Source: Eledone cirrhosa (lineage: Eukaryota). From it: a stretch of DNA of 64,000 nt. The notes beneath the pieces are model-generated. The model searched no databases, was not told the origin of the DNA, and saw nothing but the letters and a program-made list of their open reading frames with translations. Shown here piece by piece: positions 26,916 to 40,765 of this stretch (the first letter of the stretch is position 1; every line of letters begins with the position of its first letter). The position numbers and the translations under genes are program-made. The DNA lies in the NCBI GenBank assembly GCA_964016885.1, contig OZ024742.1, positions 232,748,001 to 232,812,000 on the forward strand, read 5' to 3'.

Positions 26916-28084
26916 TTTAGTTATTATTGCACCGACGTGAGGTATATGATTTTTAATGCAATGAAATATCTATGATCGTCGGCAAATCACTGATGAGGGA
27001 CTCATCTTATTACATGTTATCCATGTGCAACCTGCAGTATTCTTCTCCCCATTTTTTCACATATATTTACCTAAACTGCGATTCTGTTTTTTTCTCTCTC
27101 TCTCTCTTACTGCTCCCTCGTTCTCTCTGTTTATCCTACTTTCTTTCGCCCCCTCTGTCATGTCAGTTAACTCTTCCTCACACTTCCACTCACTTACTCA
27201 CTGTTTCTCCCCTTCTCACTTCACCCCGTTCGCGACGAAAACATTTTCTCTCTTTCTCACATTTGGATTCATCTCGAAAGGTCTTTTTTCTAAGCGCTCA
27301 TATATTCACCTAGCTTATGCTAACAGAATAACTATGTAGCTTGTTCCCTTCCTCTCTACGGTTAGCTCTCCTCTTTGTTGTTATCTTGTCTCACTCGCTT
27401 TACGCGTTTTAATTGTCCTAATAACTTAATTTAGTTATTATTGCACCGACGTGAGGTATATGATTTTTAATGCAATGAAATATATATGATCGTCGGCAAA
27501 TCACTGATGAGGGACTCATTTTATTACATGTTATCCATGTGCAACTTGCAGTATTCTTCTCCCCATTTTTTCACATATATTTACCTAAACTGCGATTCTG
27601 TTTTTTTCTCTCTCTCTCTCTTACTGCTCCCTCGTTCTCTCTGTTTCTCCTACTTTCTTTCGCCCCCTCTGTCATGTCAGTTAACTCTTCCTCACACTTC
27701 CACTCACTCACTCACTGTTTCTCCCCTTCTCACTTCACCCCGTTCGCGACGAAAACATTTTCTCTCTTTCTCACATTTGGATTCATCTCGAAAGGTCTTT
27801 TTTCTAAGCGCTCATATATTCACCTAGCTTATGCTAACAGAATAACTATGTAGCTTGTTCCCTTCCTCTCTACGGTTAGCTCTCCTCTTTGTTGTTATCT
27901 TGTCTCACTCGCTTTACGCGTTTTAATTGTCCTAATAACTTAATTTAGTTATTATTGCACCGACGTGAGGTATATGATTTTTAATACAATGAAATATCTA
28001 TGATCGTCGGCAAATCACTGATGAGGGACTCATTTTATTACATGTTATCCATGTGCAACCTGCAGTATTCTTCTCCCCATTTTT

Positions 28085-28088
<4 letters not shown>
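26916..28088. repeat. 514-bp tandem repeat, ~2.3 copies, flanked by (TA)n
   Basis: tttagttattattgcaccgacgtgagg recurs at ~26916, 27430 and 27944; ORF starts 26972/27486/28000 are 514 apart. Confidence 0.92.
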
Positions 28089-28127
<39 letters not shown>

Positions 28128-28929
28128 CACACACACACGTGTGTGTATATATGCATATATGAATATATATTCATACATGTGTGTGAAACTCAAGCAAAAA
28201 CCACAACAAACGAAAAATCACTATCACCCTATTTACACCTCACACTCAACAACAACAAGAAAACTAAAAAATTACAAAATCTAAACTATAATAAAGTAAG
28301 ACGCGCGGGACTGTGTACGGTTTATAATTGTTTATCCCATTAATAAAATAAGTTGGATTACTTTGAATAAATAATTGTTTCTACTTTTGGCACAAGGCTA
28401 GCAAATACCCAATGTATTACTGGTACTTTATTATACTTTGAATAAATAATGAATGAATATTACATAATTTATTATACTAAATTTCGTGGCTGTTCATTAA
28501 ATATATTTTATTATTTATTTAAAGATTCACTTCTTTAACATTTTCAAATGTCAACACTTCCGGCGGCGATCGCTTAAATAAACATATTAATTTTCTCCTA
28601 ATGCAGTTTATATATAATATCGTCTTTTTTTTAAATGTATCATGGTTTACGTTACTGATTACATAAGACGGTGTAACACAGGCTTCGTTCAATTTCTGTG
28701 TATATTGTCAATTACGATTTTATTTGATGTATCATATTTACATGTATATATACTTGCGTATAATATCAATATACACACTACACATGCTAGCAGAAAACCA
28801 CCCTAAGGATGGTTTTTTTGCTAGTAGAACATAATGTTGGAGAAGCAACTTCAATAAGCTACAATGCCATCTTCCCCACTACCACTCCCAACACCTCCAC
28901 CTCCAACATCAATCTCCCGCTACCACCAC

Positions 28930-29985
28930 CAACACCACTCTTACGACAGGAGCAGTTGAGAAAATTCTCTCTACCGCTACCACCCCAAAAGAAAAATGTA
29001 AAAGGATGAAATGGACCCGAGAAGTGTATAAAGAAGTAACATACGCATATTACTATGCATAAGTAAACTATCACAAGGTAGTCACACTGCAAACTCTTAC
29101 AACATTTGGAAAACACGGAATCAAGCTAGCAGACGTTATCTGGATGAAAATAAGTTAGCAAATGTTAGGAGGGATATCTTCAGAAATAATAGACTCACAG
29201 ATACTGAAATAACGGAGCTCAAGCATGCTGTGGAGAATGACATAAATATAAGCCATGAAAGAACTGAAGAACCTCCTGGAGATAGTTACCAGTCACAAGT
29301 CTTTACCGAAATACCACCATCTTACCAAATCTCAAATAGGTTTGTAGAAATGAGAAGTCCTATTGAACCTGCTGAAAATAGCCAGGAATGGGACATAGAA
29401 TCAGTATTTGAAGACCAAACTTTTGCTGAAGAACACAGAGAGTCTATGAAGGAATTAAAACAGAAAATACTGAATGAGCTTGCAGTTGTAAGACATACTC
29501 GTATAAATGATAGAGAAGCACTTCAAAAACTCCCAAATACAATTCAAAATAAAAAAACAAATAATGATTGGTAACTCTGAAACAAAAGAAATCATAGAAG
29601 AATTAGAACCTGATCTTACTGAGTTAAATTAAATCATTTGTGCATCTGCTAGAGTAATTGAAACAAGTTGTTTACCCCCCCCCCAAAAAAAAATAACCAA
29701 GTCTAACTTGAGAAGGAAACCAATTTTGAGGAATAGAATTGAAAAGGAGATTGACCTAATGAGAGGGGGAACATCTTTAAGATCCAGGAAGGGAAGAAAG
29801 CTAAAGAGAAAATATGGTCTTTCTTCTAGAGAAGTACTAATATCAACAAAGGAAACTCTGAAACAAAAAGTCCAACGAATTCGTATATTCGAGAAACGAA
29901 ACAACTTCTACATGCAAAATAAGTTGTCATCCAATGACGAGTCATTTTATAGAGAAATAGCGAAGGAGAAAATAACTGGGGAAGA
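28930..29985 (+). mobile_element. Degenerate N-terminal part of an R4/Dong-like non-LTR element
   Basis: YLDENKLANVRRDIFRNNRLTDTEI is homologous to 37418 onward (MNRLANVRRDIMRNKRLTESEL); KETLKQKVQ...FYREI; many stops. Confidence 0.65.
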
Positions 29986-30370
29986 GAGAGAGAAGTCAAA
30001 CCAACGGCTGAACATAAGTCCGATGCCTTATTGATGGCGAGATAGGGAGTGCGAAGAAAAACAAGTCTAACCTCGGCAGGAGTAGGCAAAAAGAAGCAGA
30101 GACGAGAGAAAACGGAAGTAGTAAGGGAGCGGAGAGAAAGAGGGTATAAGTGAGAGGGAGAGAGAAAGAAAGAAAGGGAGGGAGTTAATAATTGTTTCTA
30201 TATTTGGCACAAGGCCAGCAATTATCCAGTACATTACTGGTACTTTATTTTATCGACCCTGTAAGGATGAAAGGCAGTTAACCTCGGCGGCTTTTGAACT
30301 CAGATCGTAAAGAGACGTAACTATGCTAAGGAGGGAGTTAATAATAACAAGGGAAATGGAGAGAAAGAAC

Positions 30371-31503
30371 ATATATATTTATAAAACAGAGGATGTCTGT
30401 CTGTCTGTGTAAATCCCTAAAACTCGAGAAGTACCCGACCGATTTTTTTCAAACTTTACACATGTGTTACTTATATTTCTTGAAGTGCAATGGGCTAAAA
30501 TTTTAACTTTTTCTACCCTCGCATTAGGCGAAAAACTGCATTTTAAAGGCATTTTTAGGCTTTTTTGAGGTGTAACTTAAAGATAATCCAGCCTATTTTC
30601 TCCAAATTTGCAGCACTCATTAGTTAGTTCCCTCGCATTGCTGTAGACAAAAAAAATTCCGATTCCATTAATGGTTTCTAGGAAATTTACGAATTAGCAT
30701 TGGGCATTACATGCCATTTTCATTTTCAATATAAACGCTACTTAAACATCATAAGTAGCGTATAATATTGTGTTTAAAATTTGGTTTATTTAACAGAGGA
30801 CACAACACTTACTTACTTTTAAGCAGAACCATTTTCGGGGGATTGAGGAAATGAGGAGGACCTTAAAATTTTTGCCGGTGCCCTGTTGACGCTTCGCGTT
30901 TTCATCACGCGCAAATGCGGGCCCTGTGTACGTTGCCATGTTATTGACACCTTGAAACTCACGTCTGTGTTACTTCTACTAAGACCCCTTTTGTTGCACC
31001 TATACCGCAGTATGAACACCCTGCGCAAGTACGCCGAACAGCGGTTGTGCTAATTCCGCGGTGACCCCTTTTGTCGCACCTTTATTGCTGTGTAAACGCA
31101 GTGCAACCAGCGCCGCCCAGCGCTTGTGCTAATTGCACTATGACCCCCTTCTGCTGCTGATTTCGTCATCTCAATATCCCTACTTGGTTTTCACACAATT
31201 GACTACGTCGCTCCTTTAGACGTGTGTTCCCCATCCGTGACGTAATTCGTGAACAGACTTACGACATACATCACCCCACAACACTTTCTTACTCCTTTCG
31301 CATACAGGATTTCCGCAATCAGCCCACTGACACAGCTACTACCTGGATTCGGCCTGCTGGTGTTCTACGTTTCCAGTAGATGAACAATCATTCCCTGACA
31401 ATAAGGGAATTCAAAAAGTACACAGCTACATTCCTCAATCTTTGCATATGCGTGTTGCTATTTCACGTTTTCTACCCTGTGCAACGCCGGGTCCTGCTGC
31501 TAG
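30371..31503 (+). mobile_element. Non-autonomous Helitron-like element, second family
   Basis: 5' end tatatatttataaaacagaggatgtctgtctg...ccctaaaactcgagaa is shared with the 10773 element; 3' gcaacgccgggtcctgctgCTAG|T; different interior. Confidence 0.7.
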
Positions 31504-31599
31504 TATATATATATATGGTGTGTTAACTGGCTTACCAATGTATACAGTGAATTTATTTGTCTTAGTTGTCAGGAAGACATTCGGCATATAACGGAAACG

Positions 31600-32530
31600 A
31601 TACTGAAGGAAAAGGAAAAAAAAATAATGCTTTCTTTATCAACCACAAGGGTTGACACAAAGTATAACATTAAGGACAACACAGGATGGTACAAATGGGC
31701 ATTTTTTATATATAAAAAACAAAAACAAAGGGTGTAACTAACAAAAAATGAAAACAAAGGAAAAAGTCCCCGCTAGGACAAGTGCCCTCTTCCAGTTTTC
31801 CAGCTACGATATTACGGGCACACGCTCAGGGCAGGCCCATTAACACGGGCCAGTCTTGTATTTCTCACCTACCTTTCAACAAACTGGCTGCAAAGCAGCA
31901 CTTCCCTCTTCACCCCGATTTTCCTTTTCAGGTGAAACCTGAAAAAGTCAATGAGGGCGTCACCAAAGAGTTAAGTACCCGTCTTCAACCCTTTCAGACG
32001 CGTCCACCATACGACCTCTTTTACCATGAATAATAACAATGCTTTTTTTTTTTATTAACCACAAGGGTTAATACATAGTATAACATTAAGGACAGTACGT
32101 AACGGTACAAATGGGCATTTTTGCGTATAAAAACACAAACACAAAACAAAAACAAAGGATGTAACGAAAAAAAATCGAAACAAAGGAAAATTTGCCAATC
32201 ACGGTGACCCTGACCACCAGGCCAAGTGCCCTCTCCCAGTTTTCCACTTCCAATCTACAGGCGCATACTCAGAGCATCCCCATTCACTTGAGACATGCTC
32301 GTCCATCTTTAAACAAACTGCTGGGAAGTGAGCACACCCCTCTCCACCCTGATTTTTCTTTTCAAATGAAATTTAAAAAAGTTAATCAGGGCTTCGCCAA
32401 AGAGGTAAGTGCTCGTCTTCAGCCCCTTCAAACATGTTCGCTTTTGTCATGACCACCAGGCAGATAAAAACTGCTCGCCCTTCCCGACTAAAGGAAGGCG
32501 GCGGGCAATTCTCGCGATGGACTCAGCTGA
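31600..32530 (-). mobile_element. Two diverged 3'-end fragments of a LINE (possibly L1/Tx1-like)
   Basis: 31600-32030 and 32040-32450 are paralogous. The minus-strand translation FKFHLKRKIRVERGVL...FVKRW is followed by a T-rich 3' region. Confidence 0.45.
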
Positions 32531-32760
32531 TAGCAGATCAGTCCTGCCTATATGTCTAGAAGAAATCTCTTTTGCAGATGTATCGTAAAAAGAACCTTTT
32601 CAATATTGAAAAATTTTCTTCCATAAGTTGCATTAAACCATATCCGGCCAGAATTCTCTCACCTCTTTCTGTTCAAACCAGTTGTAACTGGATGCTCATA
32701 CCTATGTTAAGGTATTGTTCTCAAAATAAATATCAAAATCTCGTAGATTTGATATTTGAA

Positions 32761-33521
32761 ATAATAATTGTTTCTACTTTTGGCACAAGGCCAGCAATTA
32801 TCCCAGTGTATTACTGGTACTTTATTTTATCGACCTCGTAAGGATGAAAGGCAAAGTTAACCTCGGCGGGATTTGAACTCAGACAATAAAGGGTCGTAAC
32901 TCTTTGCTGCAAAGCATGGCGCCCGACCCTATACCGATACTGCCAATCCACCATTCCGCCGCCGACCCGTGTGCTTGCGCGTCGCTGCCGGGGAATCCAG
33001 GCGACGCCCGAAATGTGAAATAATAATTGTTTCTACTTTTGGCACAAGGCCAGCAATTACCCAGTACATTACTGGTACTTTATTTTATCGACCCCGTAAG
33101 GATGAAAGGCAAAGTTAACCTCGGCGGGATTTGAACTCAGTCCGTAAAGAGACGTAACTATGCTGCAAAGCATGGCGTCCGACCCTCCACCGATACTGCC
33201 AATGTGAAATAATAATTGTTTCTACTTTAGGCACAAGGCCAGCAATTACACAGTACATTACTGCTACTTTATTTTATCGACCCCGTAAGGATGAAAGGCA
33301 AAGTTAACCTCGGCGGGATTTGAACTCAGACTGTAAAGGGACGTAACTATGCTAGAAAGCATGGCGTCCAACCCTCCACCGATACTGCCAATTCACCGCC
33401 AATGTGAAATAATTATTATTTCTACTTTTGGCACAAGGCCAGCAATTATCTCAGTGAATTACTGGTACTTTATTTTATCGACCCCGTAAGGATGAAAGGC
33501 AAAGTTAACCTCGGCGGGATT
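32761..33521 (-). mobile_element. Four tandem tRNA-derived SINE copies (the last is truncated)
   Basis: Repeated aataattgtttctacttttggcacaagg...ggatttgaactcag. Minus-strand A box TGGCAGTATCGG and B box GAGTTCAAATCC. Confidence 0.85.
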
Positions 33522-34169
33522 AATGTGAGATAAAGTGTTTACCGTGAAAATATAATAGTAAATATAGAGTAATGTAAATGCTAAAGGGTTAAACTATTTA
33601 AAAAAAACAAAAAAAAACTGGCGAGGAACAAGCACTTACTGAATGAAAAGAGACTGTATAGGATACCAACCCCCACTCCCTGTTAGAATAACCTGATAAG
33701 AGTCATTCGCTCAGCTGTAGCAACTTCAAAGTAAAATCTATTTATAGACAGATGGTATTGAGAGGTCAATCCCTACTATTAGTAGAAGTAGGAATTAAGA
33801 AATAGATGCCATATACATACAGCTACATTTTCATATAATTCCTCTAAAGAAAAAGTTGTTTAGAATCTGTTTACACTCAAATTTCACAGCCTCATCATTT
33901 CACTCATCACTACTCCTCCTATCTACCGCCACAGAAACGCCATCACACAACAACAATCAGCCACCAAATTAATTCCAGTCATTACACTAAAACAAGTTTT
34001 ATTTTTATGACTTCGGTTACACATATAGTCCGATTGTTTATATAAGGTAATTGCCTATATGTTTGGAAATAATCTCTTTTGCAGATGTATCGTAAAATAG
34101 GACCTTTTTGATATTGTAAAATATTCTTCCATAAGTTGCATTCACTATTTAAAAAGAAGAAAGGCTTAA

Positions 34170-34345
34170 TCCGAATTGTGAAAAGAAACCGGCCGAGTTG
34201 GGCCGCTGACAACGAAGTTCTTGTCTTCACTAGCGGTTCCCCTTACTGAGGTGTCAGGTGATGCCTGTGAGGGTGCCTGGTTATTTCAGCACCTTAGGCC
34301 TCGCCATCACTCGTGGTAATGCTGCGAGCGTGTTGGCTTGCCTGA
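34170..34345 (+). mobile_element. C-terminal relic of a CRE-like (restriction-like endonuclease) non-LTR element
   Basis: WLFQHL / GLAITRGNAASVLAC resembles the LFQRLSxAIQRGNAxxV terminus of CRE-clade ORFs. Confidence 0.45.
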
Positions 34346-34762
34346 AAGTTTGGCGTACAAAACTAGATAACAGTTGTTGCTTGGTGACAGACAGAAGACA
34401 ATTGTTTCTATTTAATGAAAGAGGTGGTGTACATCAATATACACTCTTGACAGGTGCAATGTGTCCGAACACGGAAGAGCCGAACTCCCACCGTCATCGC
34501 CCCCATCTCTCTGTATAGTGAGCAAATGGGGTCCCACGAGCTGGCCGCCCCACAGCCCCGGAATGGAGAATGTTTCCCCGGAGGATGGTAAGGAAGATGC
34601 GCTTGAAGGTGTGAGGTGTTGCAGATTGTCACACTTGGTGGTGAATTGCCCCTCCTCCTTTTTCCTTCCTTTATCATTTTTGTTCATGAATTTATATTAT
34701 TGTGTTATTATAAAAGGTTTAAACATATTCTGAACGGATTGCGAGCATTTGTTATGTTATTT

Positions 34763-36005
34763 ATAATTGTTTCTACTTTTGGCACAAGGCCACAATTACC
34801 CAGTACATTACTGGTACTTTATTTTATCGACCCCGTAAAGGATGAAAGGCAAAGTCAACCTCTGCGGGATTTGAACTCAGAATGGCAAGGGCCGTAACTC
34901 TATGCGTCAAAGCATGGCGTCCGATCCTCTACCGATACTGCCAATCCACCGTTATGTTATTTATAATGTTATTTACGCATTTGTTGTTATTTATGTATAT
35001 ATTTTAAACATTTGCAACGTTATTCTATTGTAAATTAATACTGTAATACATTTTTTTCATAAAAAAAAAAGTTACAATTAACAAAACCCCAGGCAAAAAG
35101 GAATAAAACGCACAATAAGAGATTGAAAGAGATACAACGGATACTACCCTCCTTGTGGTATCACAACCACCACCTCCATATCATATGCTATCATCTCCAC
35201 TGCTGTCAACAGTCAGCCACCAAAGTACAGTCACTACACTAAACAACAACACCTACAAACTAAAATATCAACACCAACACAGAAACATTAAAAACAAAAA
35301 AGTAACTACAAGCAAAGTTACTCGTTTCAACTTCACAGCTGCCAACACCACCACAACCCAATATAGTAACAATAGTAACTATTTCTACTTTTTGGCACAA
35401 GGCCAGCAATTATTCCAGTGTATTACTGGTACTTTATTTTATCGACCCCGTAAGGATGAAAGGCAAAGTCAACCTCGGCGGGATTCGAACTCAGAATGGC
35501 AAGGGCCGTAACTCTGTGCGTCAAAGCATAGCGTCCGACCCTCTACCGATACTGCCAAGCCAGCCCAATATAGTAATAATACTAATTGTTTCTACTTTAG
35601 GCACAAGGCCAGCAATGTTGGTGGAGGGGGAAAGTCAATTAAATCGACAACAGTGCATTACTGGTACTTTATTTTATCGACCACGTAAGGACGAAAGGCA
35701 AAGCTAACCGCAGTGGGATTTGAGTTCAGTACGTAAAGGGCCGTAAATCTCTTCCGCGAAGCATGGCGTCCGACGCTCTACCGATTCTGTCACTCCAATA
35801 ATCGTGATGGTAGTAGTAATAATTGTTTCTACTTTAGGCAGAAGGCCAGCAATTACCCAGTGTATTACTGGTACTTTATTTTATCGATCCCGTAAGGATG
35901 AAAGGCAAAGTTAACCTCGGCGGGATTTGAACTCAGACCATAAAGGGCCGTAACTCTTTGCTGCAAAGCATGGCGTCCGACCCTCTACCGATACTGCCAA
36001 TCCAT
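34763..36005 (-). mobile_element. Cluster of four more copies of the same SINE (~34763-34950, 35378-35560, 35583-35795, 35818-36005)
   Basis: Same body and A/B boxes as 32761-33521. Further copies at ~3385-3590 (-), 10227-10435 (+), 15290-15435 (+) and 30190-30325 (-). Confidence 0.85.
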
Positions 36006-36209
36006 GATAATTGAATATTATTATTGTTAAAAAAATCAATAACAAGCGCCAGTAGTAGGGAATGGGAAACTTTAATGGGACCCCACGCCTTCCTACCATC
36101 GGTTGGTGCCCGACACTCCATTGGACCACGAACGCCACTGGCGAGTGAGCTAGACCGATACTAGTGTCAGTGGCTATAGGAGAGTACCCAGACAGAAAAC
36201 TAATTTTTT

Positions 36210-37404
36210 CCTGTGGACCACCTAAACTTTTAAATCTTTTGTAATAGAACTGCTACTTATAAGCATCAGTAGATGTGTTTTTTTCAATGAATTAGAAAAT
36301 GCTATTATCATGTCGCAGTGCCTAAAAATCTACGCAAATAAACAGCTGAAGTCGTACTTATGCGAAGAATTAGAAGAGCGCTTTAAGTCAAATGCATGGA
36401 TCAAAAAAGAATTTGCTATTGCACCAAGCAACGCATAACTTATTCGTTATTAATTTGATTTTTTTCGATTTCATATCTCAGCGACAAATATAAAGCATTG
36501 ATATTGAGAAACAGTTTGGAAAGCTGTACAGTTTAAATATGATATTGTGTAGGGTAAGTTAAAAAAATGCGAAGATTTAAGTTGGGATCAGTACAAAAGG
36601 CCGTGTAAACGTTTGAGGGAATACAACAAATTGAATTGAATTAAAAATGTCAACGACAACACAATTACGCCAAGTCATCAGACAACACGTCAAAAAACTG
36701 TCAATGAGACCCTTGTGCTTGTTTTTGATCCACAAGTTTAGAAATCCTCGGCTCTATGTGGCTCAAGCGAAGTCTCAAATCGGCATTGTTGTCGAGGATC
36801 AAACGCCTCCGCTGCTTTGTGTATGTGTGGAGGACAATGGAAAATCCCGTTTCAGTCAAGTAAGATGTAGGGAGATTTATTATAAAAGGCTCGACTTGTT
36901 CAAACAGGTTTGGATATTCTTGACAATGATTCAACCAAGCCTCGACCCAGTTAGTTTCAGAAAATTTACGCAGATTATCATCTACCGTCGCCTCACAGAG
37001 CTCCATCTTAAGACATTCTAGTTGAACAAGTATGTCGTTCATAGACATTGTGTGAAGAGAATCCACAAAAATTGGGATATTTAAAGCCAAAAGATCTTCA
37101 AAACGATTATTGAAGTTTTCGTGAAGGAAAGATAGATGCTCGATTATAGATTTGTGCAAGTCATTATCTACCACAACAGGTTTTAAGCTTTCGGACTGCG
37201 AAAAGTTATGATCTTCAATTTGAATTTTCCATAGAACGAGCTTATTCATGAAAGCCCTTATCAAGTGTTTGGCACGTACAACGTTGATGTTCTGCTTTTG
37301 CGAGGTGCGATGATGCAGTTTGTGTGACGTGTGTCTGTACGGAAGAATTTAAATTTTTCAGGTGGTCCACTAGTGGTCCACATGGACCTGGTTGAGAACC
37401 CCTG
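36210..37404 (-). mobile_element. Internally deleted hAT (Charlie/Buster-like) transposon with a transposase C-terminal fragment (36701-37264)
   Basis: LPTSYLTETGFS...KQRRRL...DLRLRLSHIEPRISKLV..KQAQGSH is a hAT dimerisation domain. TIR CAGGGGTTCTCAACC at 37404 with ctctagat flank. The other TIR was not found; the left boundary is approximate. Confidence 0.8.
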
Positions 37405-40225
37405 CTCTAGATAATACATGGACATGAATAGGCTAGCTAATGTGAGAAGAGACATTATGAGGAACAAAAGACTTACTGAATCAGAACTGGAAACCATCAA
37501 AGCTAAGACAAGTGAGCAACATAACAACCCCAGTCAAGAAAGATACCTGCATATAATAACACAAGCAGCAGACAGTAAGAGTGTTGCTGAAACTCCCACA
37601 GATGAGAACCTCCCTGAACATGAACATGTAGGTGATGGCTCACTGGTTGATGCTGCTGTCTGGACCATGAAGTAAGATATTCTGCGTGAGTAGGAGATTC
37701 TGAAAATGCAGGATTTGATAGATCGGACAAAACTTCCGAAAGTGCCCAAAATAGCGCATCAGCTGAAGAAGGTCAACCTAGCTAATAAAGCACTAGAGAT
37801 AATCAGAGGCGAACACGGAGTACCACTGACACTTGATGACATTAACCAGCTGTTATATGCCACTGCAACCATTATTGCTAGCAAGCCGCGCCCCAAAATA
37901 CGAGTAGGGAACATAAACACAAGGGAATACAGAAATGGCAGAGACGGCTGGAGAACAAAATTACAGAGTAGAGGAGAGATGTCTCTCTTGTATCTGAAAT
38001 AGATAAGGAAACTGATATCAACCCTCAAAAGCTTTCTAGGCTGAGGAAGAAATACAAAGTCAACCAGGAAGCAGACTGGAAAGAAATTACCGAATCAATC
38101 AAGCAAAAGATACAGGCAAAGGCACAGAGATTAAGAAGATGCAAAAAAAAGAGAAAAAAAGAGCTAACTTCTTTAAACAAAACAAAATCTTTGCCGAAGA
38201 TGCCAAAAGATTTTTCTGAGAGTTAGGTAAGAAAAATATTGAAATAAAACAACCACCTGAGATTGATGAGGTTGAACACTTCTGGCCAAATATCTGTGAA
38301 AAAGTTAAAGACCACAACTCCAATGACCACATGGCTGGAACAATTGGAAATCCCTGCTTGCACCCAGGAATGGAATGAGATCCCTCACAAGAAGTACAAA
38401 AAGCAGTCAGCAATGTTGGAGACGTGAAATCACCGGGCAGAGATGCCTTGCAGAATTTCTGGCTGAAACATCTGGATGTGCTCCATTGAAGCCTTGGTTG
38501 CTAAATTCTCCAAGATTGTAGCAAACCCAAGAGAGGTCCCAAAGTGGATGACAACTGGCGTAACGTATCTTCTATCGAAGAATGAATGCACAGAAAATCC
38601 AAAAAACTACAGACCAATAACATGTCTCCCAATGATGTACAAAGCCCTCACATCAGTGATTACCAACAGTGTCTACAATTACCTTGTCTGTGGAGATCTA
38701 TTGCCACCTGAACAAAAAGGCTGTAAACAAGTGAGTTATGGGTGCAAAGATCAGCTACTGATTAATAGACTCATAACGTAAAACTGCAAACAGAAAAAAA
38801 AAACCTGCCAATGGCCTGGGTAGACTACAAGAAGGCATTCGACAGCGTAGTTCATTCATGGATCATAAAGGCACTAGAAATGTATCAAATAGCACCTGCG
38901 ATAACAACTTTCCTGAAGGCAATGATGACAAACTGGAAAACTGCGATGGTCCTTCAAAGCCACAACGGACCACTGGAATCTAGGCAGATCAAGATTAATC
39001 GTGGAATATTCCAAGGCGACTCATTGTCCCCTGAGACTGGTAACAAAAAGTGAGCTAAACTCCTGCAACAAGTTCAACAGTCTGGCAGTACCAGTGGTAA
39101 CACACAGCTTTAACATCATAAACTGGAACCTGCAAGAACTACAAAGGATGGACATTTAGACCAGAAAACTACTGACAACTGAAAAAATGCATCACTCTAA
39201 AGCCGATGTACATAGGCTGTATATCTCAAGGAGAGAAGGCGGACGAGGGCCACTACAACTGGAAGCTGCATACAAAACAACAACCATTGGATTGGATAGC
39301 TACCTCCACCACACCTGAGATGAACTTCTTAAGCATGTACTGAAGCATGAACGGATTAAAAACTACACTCAATAACAAAAGAGGCAAGAAAATCTAGGCA
39401 AAAACTAAACATGGAACAAGACATACCCGTAGAAAATGAACAACAGAGTGCTGCACAGCTAGCTATGACTGTGAAGATCAAAGCACAGAAACTCCAAACA
39501 GAGGAACTTGACCGTGAATGGAAGGCAAAACCTGGTAGATTCCCAGAACGACTTTCTGACAATTATATCGATCAGCATGACTCACTATCCTGGCTCAGAA
39601 GTGCTGGTTTGAAAGCGCAAAAACTGAGGGACTTTTAGTTGTTGCACAAGACCAATCTCTAAACACTCGGGCCTATAGACACAGAATAGTGAAAGATATG
39701 ACTAGCTCTCTATGTAGAATATGTTACAAATACGTAGAAACGGTAAATCATGTTATCTTCGTGTGTCCAGTGCTGGCAAAAACTGATTATATAGAAAGAC
39801 GCAACTGCATCACCTCTGGCAAATGGTATGAACATCAACCAAAAACAGTCATGGAAAATGGCAACATACCCATCTTGTGGGATATGCCTTTGATAAGTGA
39901 CCAAGAAATCGCTGCCAACAGACGAGATATCATCATAAAAAAAAACAAACAGATCGGACATGTAGCCTTATAGATATTTCCGTACCAACCGACAAGAATA
40001 CATCTATAAAAACAATGAAAAAACTGTCAAAATACAAAGACCTGGAAATAGAGATCAACTGCATGTGGAGGATGACCACAAACACCGTCCCTGTGGTAAT
40101 AGGAACATTAAGATTAATACCCAAATCCTCAGACTTGCACCTTAGCGCCCTTCCCTGCAAGACCAGCAAATATGATCTAGAGAAGATCGAGCTACCAGGA
40201 ACCGCACACATTCTCAGACGAGTTC
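37405..40225 (+). mobile_element. Degenerate R4/Dong-like non-LTR retrotransposon (RT + CCHC + restriction-like endonuclease)
   Basis: NYRPITCLP, MAWVDYKKAFDSV, RGIFQGDSLSP, CRIC..ETVNHVI..CP, NRRDI, IDISVP and KKLSKYKDL. The catalytic YxDD region appears deleted after GDSLSP. Confidence 0.85.
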
Positions 40226-40410
40226 GCTGTATTGGCTACAAGGGCCGACGTTGTCGGGAACAGCACAGGGGTGAATACATAAGAAAACAAGAAAGGATAC
40301 ACAGTAATAGATTTACATGGAGTAAAAGGGTTACTTTAGCAATAACATTAACAAATAGATAATGATAAATAGAACAAATAGTAGAGAAGGATAAAGATAA
40401 TAATTGTTAT

Positions 40411-40765
40411 AATAATTATCCCAGTGTATTACTGGTACTTTATTTTATCGACCTCCGTTAGGATGAAAAGCAAAGTTAACCTCGATGGGATTTGAACTCA
40501 GAATGGCAAGGGCCGTAACTCTATGCGTGAAAGCATGGCGTCCGACCCTCTACCGATACTGACATAAAGATAATAATGAGGTGGATTGGCAGTATCGGTA
40601 GAGGGTCGGACGCCATGCTTTCCAGCATAGTTACGTCCCTTTACGATCTGAGTTCAAATCCCGCCGAGGTTGATTTTGCCTTTCATCCTTACGGGGTCGA
40701 TAAAATAAAGTACCAGTAACGAACTGGGTAATTGCTGGCCTTGTGCCTAAAGTAGAAACAAATAA
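40411..40765. mobile_element. Head-to-head inverted pair of SINEs (40411-40563 minus, 40583-40765 plus)
   Basis: Same SINE body in opposite orientations, ~20 nt apart. Confidence 0.8.

Noticed and set aside
32860-32950. tRNA genes
   Set aside because: The A/B boxes belong to multi-copy SINE heads; no complete cloverleaf seen.
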